Shown here: positions 58,418 to 64,000 of the stretch, piece by piece
Layout of the letters: each line of letters begins with the position of its first letter
Position numbering within the stretch: the stretch's first letter is position 1
Assembly (NCBI GenBank): GCA_964485195.1
Contig: CAZAIK010000007.1
Coordinates: 1-64,000 of the forward strand
DNA length: 64,000 nucleotides
Direction: 5' to 3'
From: an uncultured Methanosarcinales archaeon
GTDB lineage: Archaea; Nanobdellota; Nanobdellia; Woesearchaeales; CAIVOO01
Notes under the pieces: generated by a model
What the model was told of the DNA's origin: nothing
Database searches by the model: none
Seen by the model: only the letters and a program-made list of their open reading frames with translations
Position numbers and translations under genes: made by a program

Positions 58418-59152
58418 TTATTCCCCAAGATAGGCATCCAAAACCTTCCTGTTTTTCTGTATCTGCTTTGGGGTTCCCTCTGCGATTATCCTGCCCTCGT
58501 CTAAAACGAAAACCCTGTGGGCAAGGTTCATCACGAAGTTCATATCGTGCTCTATCAGCAGTATTGTCTCCCCTTTCTTGTTCAGCTTCCTTATTATCTT
58601 CTTAATTTCATTCCTTAATTTCGGATTGACACCAGCAACAGGCTCATCCAGCAGCAGGATTGAATGGGGCTTTGCCAGTGCAACGGCAAGGTCCAATAGT
58701 TTTCTCTGGCCGTAGCTCAAGTCGCTGGCCAGTGTGCGCAAGGGCTTTTTCAGCCCCACCATTTCCAGTATTTCTCTTGCTCTTCTTGTCTTGTTTTCCT
58801 GTTTTTTGAAAACGCTGTTTAGCATTTTCTCGTCTGTAATTGAAAGGGCGATCTCAATATGGTCATTTATTGTCAGGTTCTTGAACAGCCTTGTCTCCTG
58901 AAACGTCCTGCTAACCCCCATATTAGCTATCTGGTGCGTCTTCATGTTTGTCAAATCATTGTTTTTGATAATGACGCGCCCGTCGTCAGGAGTTATCATC
59001 TTGCATATAATGTTGAATAATGTTGTCTTGCCAGAGCCGTTGGGGCCTATCAGGGCCGTTATCTTCCCCTTTTCAATCTCAAAGCTGCAGTTATTCAAAG
59101 CTTTTAGCCCTCCGAATTTTTTGTTGATATTCTTTACCTTCAGCATTTTCAC
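58418..59152 (-). CDS. livG: branched-chain amino acid ABC transporter ATPase
   Basis: KFGGLKAL, GPNGSGKTT, RTFQ, LSYGQ, EHDM. Confidence 0.93.
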   Translation of the reverse strand: MKMLKVKNINKKFGGLKALNNCSFEIEKGKITALIGPNGSGKTTLFNIICKMITPDDGRVIIKNNDLTNMKTHQIANMGVSRTFQETRLFKNLTINDHIEIALSITDEKMLNSVFKKQENKTRRAREILEMVGLKKPLRTLASDLSYGQRKLLDLAVALAKPHSILLLDEPVAGVNPKLRNEIKKIIRKLNKKGETILLIEHDMNFVMNLAHRVFVLDEGRIIAEGTPKQIQKNRKVLDAYLGE

Positions 59153-60024
59153 TCCAAATCTATCTTTCCGAACAGCCCCTTCGGCCTGTGCAATATTATC
59201 AGCAGCAGGATGGCTGCGTATATTATCTGCCTTGCGGGCCCGAGAATGGAGCTGGGCATTTCCAAAAACCTCAGGCCTTCAGGGATCAGTATTATGAGGA
59301 AGGTGGCTGCAATGCTTCCCCTCATTGAGGCAATTCCGCCAACAATGACTATGGTAAGTATCAGTATTATCTCGCTTATGTAAAAGGAGCTCGGGTCTAT
59401 GTAGGTTATGTAGTGAGCGAACAACGAGCCGGCAATTCCTGCAAAAAAGGCAGAGACAATCATTGCCTTTGCCTTTAGCTTGAACGTGTCCTTCCCTAGA
59501 ACTCTCAGCCCTGTCTCGTCGTCCCTTGTTGCTTCCAGTAATCTCCCGAAGGGCGACTTGACAATTCTGCGGATAATGCAGACTGTGGCTATGCACGCTA
59601 TTGCGACAAATATAAGATAGCTGAAGTTTGAGCTTATGGCAAGCCCCAGAAATGAGGGCTTTTGTATGCCCGGAATTCCAAGGGGACCCCTTGTCAACGA
59701 GGTCCAGTTGAGGAACAGGGAGTAAATCACGAAGCTGAATCCCAATGTTGCCAGCGCAAGATAATCCCCCTTTATCTTCCTGGTTGCAAGTATGAGGGCA
59801 AAACCGAAAATTCCTGCTATCAATCCTGCGGCGATGAATGCAGCGATATAAGGGAACCCTGCTGTTTTTGTCAGGATTGCAGATGCATAAGCCCCTATTC
59901 CGAAAAAGGCCACGTGGCCCAGGTTCAGCAGCCCGGTGTTTCCAAGGGCAAGATTGAGGGAGACAGCGAGGATTATGTAAATCCCTATCAATATCAGCAA
60001 ATGTATCAGATATGCCTCTATCAT
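59149..60024 (-). CDS. livM: branched-chain amino acid ABC transporter permease
   Basis: GLLNLGHVAFFGIGAY, GDYLALATLGF, SPFGR. Confidence 0.92.
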   Translation of the reverse strand: MIEAYLIHLLILIGIYIILAVSLNLALGNTGLLNLGHVAFFGIGAYASAILTKTAGFPYIAAFIAAGLIAGIFGFALILATRKIKGDYLALATLGFSFVIYSLFLNWTSLTRGPLGIPGIQKPSFLGLAISSNFSYLIFVAIACIATVCIIRRIVKSPFGRLLEATRDDETGLRVLGKDTFKLKAKAMIVSAFFAGIAGSLFAHYITYIDPSSFYISEIILILTIVIVGGIASMRGSIAATFLIILIPEGLRFLEMPSSILGPARQIIYAAILLLIILHRPKGLFGKIDLE

Positions 60025-60899
60025 TTCTTAACCCCCTTGCTGATGCCGAAAAGCCCTGTGGGCCTGAAAAGCAAAAACACGAACAGCAGGACGAATGCAA
60101 TGGCATCCTTGTATCCTGAAGGCAGGTACCATATTCCGAAATTCTCAGCAATACCCAGCAAGTAGCTTCCCAGTATGGATGCAGGAACGCTGGTAATGCC
60201 CCCCACAATTGAGCCTGTAAATCCCTTGATCATAAGATTGGTGCCCATAGTCGGCTCAAGGTTCTGCTCAAGCCCTATCAGAATGCCTGCAATTCCTGCA
60301 AGGATGGAGCCGATGATAAAGGAATAATAAGCAATCTTCACGTGGTTAATTCCCATGACACCGGCCAGTTCCTTGTTGTCAGAGACTGCCCTCATCTCCT
60401 TTCCCAGCCTTGTCTTTTTCATAAAAAGGTAGAGGAAAAGCAGGAGTATTGCTGATATTACAACAATAACAATCTGCAAGGGAGTGATTATCGCGCCAAG
60501 GAATTCCATTCCCTTTGTAACCTTGATATAGCCAATTGTTTTTACATCCGCCCCGAACAGTAAAAGCATAAGATTCTCAAACAATATCAGCAGGCCCACA
60601 GAAGCGAGCAAAAGAATGATGTTTGACGACTTCTTTCTCTGCAGGGGAAGGTAGACAAACCTGTACATTCCAACCCCCAGAAGCGCTGAGAGGATGAGGG
60701 TTAAAACAACCGCAAGGAAGAAGGGAATTCCCAGCAGGGCAAACAGCCAGTATATGATGTAGGCAGAGACAATGACGCTGGTGCCGTGGGCGAGGTGCAT
60801 GAACCTGTTAGTTGAGTAGATGAGGGAAAACCCGCAGGCAACCAGGGCGTAGATGCTCCCTATAATGACAGAATTCACAAGCAATTGATTGAATATCAT
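60021..60899 (-). CDS. livH: branched-chain amino acid ABC transporter permease
   Basis: GSIYALVACGFSLIY, HLAHG, TRLGKEMRAVSDN, RPTGLFG. Confidence 0.92.
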   Translation of the reverse strand: MIFNQLLVNSVIIGSIYALVACGFSLIYSTNRFMHLAHGTSVIVSAYIIYWLFALLGIPFFLAVVLTLILSALLGVGMYRFVYLPLQRKKSSNIILLLASVGLLILFENLMLLLFGADVKTIGYIKVTKGMEFLGAIITPLQIVIVVISAILLLFLYLFMKKTRLGKEMRAVSDNKELAGVMGINHVKIAYYSFIIGSILAGIAGILIGLEQNLEPTMGTNLMIKGFTGSIVGGITSVPASILGSYLLGIAENFGIWYLPSGYKDAIAFVLLFVFLLFRPTGLFGISKGVKK

Positions 60900-60957
60900 C
60901 GTAGTTCATTTTGTTATCTGGTATTTTTAAAGTTTGTTATGGATTTGGGATGTTTTA

Positions 60958-61452
60958 TTATAATGTTTCTTTTTCAACGGTGCTCAGTAATCTCTCATAG
61001 ACATCTTGCTGTTTTTCAGCAGTGACTGGCTTCTCAAACATCGTCCAAGACCCAAACTCAAGCTCTGATGCTTTTAAGGCAATTCCTGTCAGGCCATTAT
61101 CTTGTGCAATTTCCCCTGTTGGAACGTATCCGGAGAATTTTTGACCCAAGAATAAATAAGAAAAAGGGCTTGGCTTTTCAACGCCCTTGTCAAAAGCATC
61201 ATAAAAATGAATAGTTATTCTCCATTCATTTGTTTTTGTTTTGCATAAACCATAAAGGGTGCCTGAACACTTTTTTTGCACTTCTCCAAATTCCTTAACA
61301 TATTTCGCAACAGTCTGGACTCTTTCTGAAAGCTCAAGCTTTCCGCTGTCAATCAAATAATCATAAATTCCGGAAAGAATGCTCTTTTTAGCAGAGAGAG
61401 GAAGCTGGCTGTTCAGATATCTCCAGATACTGATGGTTAATTTTGATGACAT
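60958..61452 (-). CDS. hypothetical protein inserted in the liv cluster
   Basis: 164-aa AT-rich ORF. Confidence 0.55.
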   Translation of the reverse strand: MSSKLTISIWRYLNSQLPLSAKKSILSGIYDYLIDSGKLELSERVQTVAKYVKEFGEVQKKCSGTLYGLCKTKTNEWRITIHFYDAFDKGVEKPSPFSYLFLGQKFSGYVPTGEIAQDNGLTGIALKASELEFGSWTMFEKPVTAEKQQDVYERLLSTVEKETL

Positions 61453-61455
61453 TTT

Positions 61456-61499
61456 TAAAAAAGAAGAAAGGCCGGGAGGTCAGCTGTTTTCACCCGGCC
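61456..61499 (-). terminator. hairpin plus T-rich tract downstream of the livK genes
   Basis: Minus strand GGCCGGG...CCCGGCC followed by TTTCTTCTTTTTT. Confidence 0.6.
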
Positions 61500-61517
61500 C
61501 TCCTCCTCCTGTTGAGA

Positions 61518-62639
61518 TTAACCTATCTTAACAGGTTCCCCATTTTTAATCTGGACCACTGAATAATTCACCTCTTTCAGGTCGCCGTTTTCGTCGAAGG
61601 ATATCTTTCCTGAAACCCCTTCATAATCCTGCACATTATAGAGTTCATCCTTGACTTTAACAGGGTCGTTGCCCACTTTTTCTATTGCATTTGCTATGAG
61701 CCTTACAGCGTCATAAGCTTCAAGCACGCAGATTGGTATCTCCTGCTCCCCGAATTTTTCTTCGTATTTCTGCCTGAAGGATTCAGGGGCTGCTTTTTCC
61801 ATTTGCACATATATTGTTCCTTCAGCTTCATTGCCTGCCCTTTCAAGCATTACAGGGTCAGTCCATGTTTCAGAGCCGAGAAATTGCTTTCCAATTCCGA
61901 GCTCTTTTGCCTGCTTGAAGCCGTTAACTGTTGATTCTGTGTATGCCGGAAAAAAGATGAGCTCCGCGTCTGTGTTTTTTATCTTTGTCAGCTGGGCCCG
62001 CAGGTCTTTTGATTTCTGCTTAAATTCCTGTATCTCCACTATTTCTCCGCCTAATCCCGTGAATCTTTCATTGAAAACTTCCTTCAGCCCATAGCACCAG
62101 TCGCTCAGGCAGGACAATACTGCCGCTTTCCTTACACCCAAGTCATTATAAGCGTATTCAGCAGCGAATTTTCCCTGAAAAGAGTCAGAAGGGTAATCCC
62201 TGAATATGAAATCCCCTGCATTTGTTATGTCCGGGTTTGAAGAGCAGGGCGAAATCATTACAACCTGGTTTTCTTCTGCAATTGAGGTTGCAGCCATGGT
62301 TTCTGAAGAGCATAGCCCTCCTATGATGTAATCCACTCCATCAACGTTAATTAACTTGTGTGCAACATTGGAAGAATCCTTTCCGAGGCATTTGCCATCC
62401 TCATAATATGCAGAAATCCTTTTTCCGTTTATTCCCCCTGCTTCGTTTATCTCATCCACTGCCATTTGCACAGAATTCCTTGTGGCCTGCCCAATGCTTG
62501 ATACATCTCCTGACAACGGGCCTATGAATCCCATCTTTATCGGCTCTTCAGTTTGCTTTTTCTCAACTATGACATTGCCTGTTGAGCATCCTGCCAAAAC
62601 AAAAACTGAAATCAGTGCCAGAATTAATATTGTTTTCAT
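61518..62639 (-). CDS. livK: branched-chain amino acid binding lipoprotein
   Basis: LAGC lipobox, GPLSG, INEAGGING, GGLCSS, YDAV, GVSGKISFDENGD. Confidence 0.92.
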   Translation of the reverse strand: MKTILILALISVFVLAGCSTGNVIVEKKQTEEPIKMGFIGPLSGDVSSIGQATRNSVQMAVDEINEAGGINGKRISAYYEDGKCLGKDSSNVAHKLINVDGVDYIIGGLCSSETMAATSIAEENQVVMISPCSSNPDITNAGDFIFRDYPSDSFQGKFAAEYAYNDLGVRKAAVLSCLSDWCYGLKEVFNERFTGLGGEIVEIQEFKQKSKDLRAQLTKIKNTDAELIFFPAYTESTVNGFKQAKELGIGKQFLGSETWTDPVMLERAGNEAEGTIYVQMEKAAPESFRQKYEEKFGEQEIPICVLEAYDAVRLIANAIEKVGNDPVKVKDELYNVQDYEGVSGKISFDENGDLKEVNYSVVQIKNGEPVKIG

Positions 62640-62640
62640 T

Positions 62641-63777
62641 TCATTCCCTCCTCACAGGCATTCCGTTTTTTATAATCATAATAACGTGATTAGCTTCGGA
62701 AATGTCCCCGTTTTCGTCAAAAGAAATTGTGCCAGAAGCCCCTTCATATTCCCTGACTTTGTAAAGTTCTTCTTTCACTGCAACAGGGTCATCTCCTGCC
62801 TTCTCAATTGCGTTTTTAATAAGGTAAATAGCATCATATCCCTGTGTTGCGCAAAGTGTTATCTCTGCATCTTCACCAAACCTTTTATGAAATTTCTGTG
62901 CAAAATCTTCAGGCGTGTTTATGTTGGTTATGGCATACATAACGCCTTCTGAGTACTCTCCTGTGCTTTCCCATATGGTTTGGTCTGTCCAGGTTGTAGG
63001 GCCGATTATGGGAACATTTATCCCAACCTCTTTTGCTTGCTTTAATCCATTTATTGCTGATTCAGTGTAAGATACGAAATAAACCAAATCAGGATCTGAT
63101 TGCTTTATTTTTGTCAAAGATGTCTTTAAATCGGTTGAACCCTGCTCAAATTCCTGAATTTCAACAATTTTGCCGCCAAGCTCCCCGAATCTTTTACTAA
63201 AAACATCTTTTAAACCAACGCAATAATCGCTCAGGCAGGAGATTACTGCAGTTTTCCTGGCGTTAAGCTCATTGTAAGCAAAGTCAGCAACGAATTTCCC
63301 CTCAAAAGTGTCTGAAGGATAATCCCTGAAAATAAAGTCTCCTGCATTTGTAATGTCAGGGCTTGAAGCCCCCGGAGAGATAACAATAGTATTGGAATTT
63401 TCTGCCAATGGCGCCATTGCAAGTGTTGAGGAAGAACATATGCTTCCAACAATATAATTAACTTTGTCTAAATTTATTAACTTGTTCGCTATACTTGCGG
63501 CTTCTTTTGCATTGCATTTGTCATCTTCATAGATTACTTTCAGTTTTTTCCCATTGATTCCCCCTCCATTATTTATCTCTTCAACTGCTAGCTGAACAGC
63601 TTTTTTTGTGCTTTGCCCTAAACTGGCAAGATCTTGCGTTAAAGGAACCATTAACCCAATCTTTATTTCTTTATCTTCCACAGCTTTTTTAGTAATATTG
63701 TTTGAGCATCCTGCTAATGCTATTAATGTTAACACTGCAAGTATCCCTATTAATGCGTGTGTTTTCATTTTCTCCAC
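62641..63777 (-). CDS. livK: branched-chain amino acid binding lipoprotein (paralog)
   Basis: LAGC lipobox, same motifs, shared PDITNAGDFIFRDYPSD. Confidence 0.92.
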   Translation of the reverse strand: MEKMKTHALIGILAVLTLIALAGCSNNITKKAVEDKEIKIGLMVPLTQDLASLGQSTKKAVQLAVEEINNGGGINGKKLKVIYEDDKCNAKEAASIANKLINLDKVNYIVGSICSSSTLAMAPLAENSNTIVISPGASSPDITNAGDFIFRDYPSDTFEGKFVADFAYNELNARKTAVISCLSDYCVGLKDVFSKRFGELGGKIVEIQEFEQGSTDLKTSLTKIKQSDPDLVYFVSYTESAINGLKQAKEVGINVPIIGPTTWTDQTIWESTGEYSEGVMYAITNINTPEDFAQKFHKRFGEDAEITLCATQGYDAIYLIKNAIEKAGDDPVAVKEELYKVREYEGASGTISFDENGDISEANHVIMIIKNGMPVRRE

Positions 63778-63921
63778 CCCTCATCCAAACGTTTTGTATC
63801 GTCGTAGTGGTAAGGATGAAAACCTGAGTATTATATATATGCTTTTATAATATATTATATATAATATTAATAATATTGATAAAATAGCAATATTTATATA
63901 TGTGTGGGTCTCTCTACGCAT

Positions 63922-64000
63922 ATGAAGCGGAAGATAGTGAAACTGGGCCCTGCAACCCTTGTGGTAAGCCTTCCCAGCAGGTGGGCAAAGGAATTCAACC
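63922..64000 (+). CDS. AbrB-domain (PhoU-type regulator) N-terminus, truncated by window edge
   Basis: MKRKIVKLGPATLVVSLPSRWAKEFN; TTTATATA upstream. Confidence 0.75.
   Translation, partial: MKRKIVKLGPATLVVSLPSRWAKEFN

Noticed and set aside
59279..60208. 309-aa alternative-frame ORF (and similar long antisense ORFs over AMPpase, rad50 and RNAP genes)
   Set aside because: They overlap well-supported conserved genes and have non-protein-like composition.
63820..63900. Replication origin in the AT-rich TA-repeat tract
   Set aside because: Explained by divergent promoters; no ORB-like repeats or cdc6 gene seen.

Overview
Archaeal chromosomal window, most likely a DPANN/Nanobdellota lineage (Woesearchaeota- or Pacearchaeota-like). 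This is inferred from TFB, eL15, a split rpoB''/B'/A'/A'' operon, AMP phosphorylase, cupin PGI, BRE/TATA promoters and BHB-type tRNA introns. Housekeeping content includes the RNA polymerase operon, Rad50, nucleoside salvage (AMPpase, MTAP, APRT), ROK kinase/PGI, many DNA-repair genes (MGMT, EndoQ, Nth, Ogg), a RelE-type TA pair and a branched-chain amino acid ABC transporter. Most notable: (1) all five tRNA genes carry introns (9 in total, 6 at non-canonical D-/T-loop sites), including a triple-intron tRNA-Ser and a tRNA-Val whose anticodon intron holds a tandem array of 57-bp units spanning a 100-N scaffold gap; (2) a putative envelope operon encodes a protein with an outer-membrane beta-barrel-like C-terminus followed by a 2715-aa PKD adhesin, and shares a near-identical promoter with a neighbouring orphan gene; (3) an AT-rich HD gene sits inside the loop of a long-range inverted repeat; (4) there are unannotated structured ncRNA candidates, an unannotated 48-aa histone-H1-like protein and a clathrin-like repeat protein. 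All calls are from reading the sequence by eye; no searches were run.
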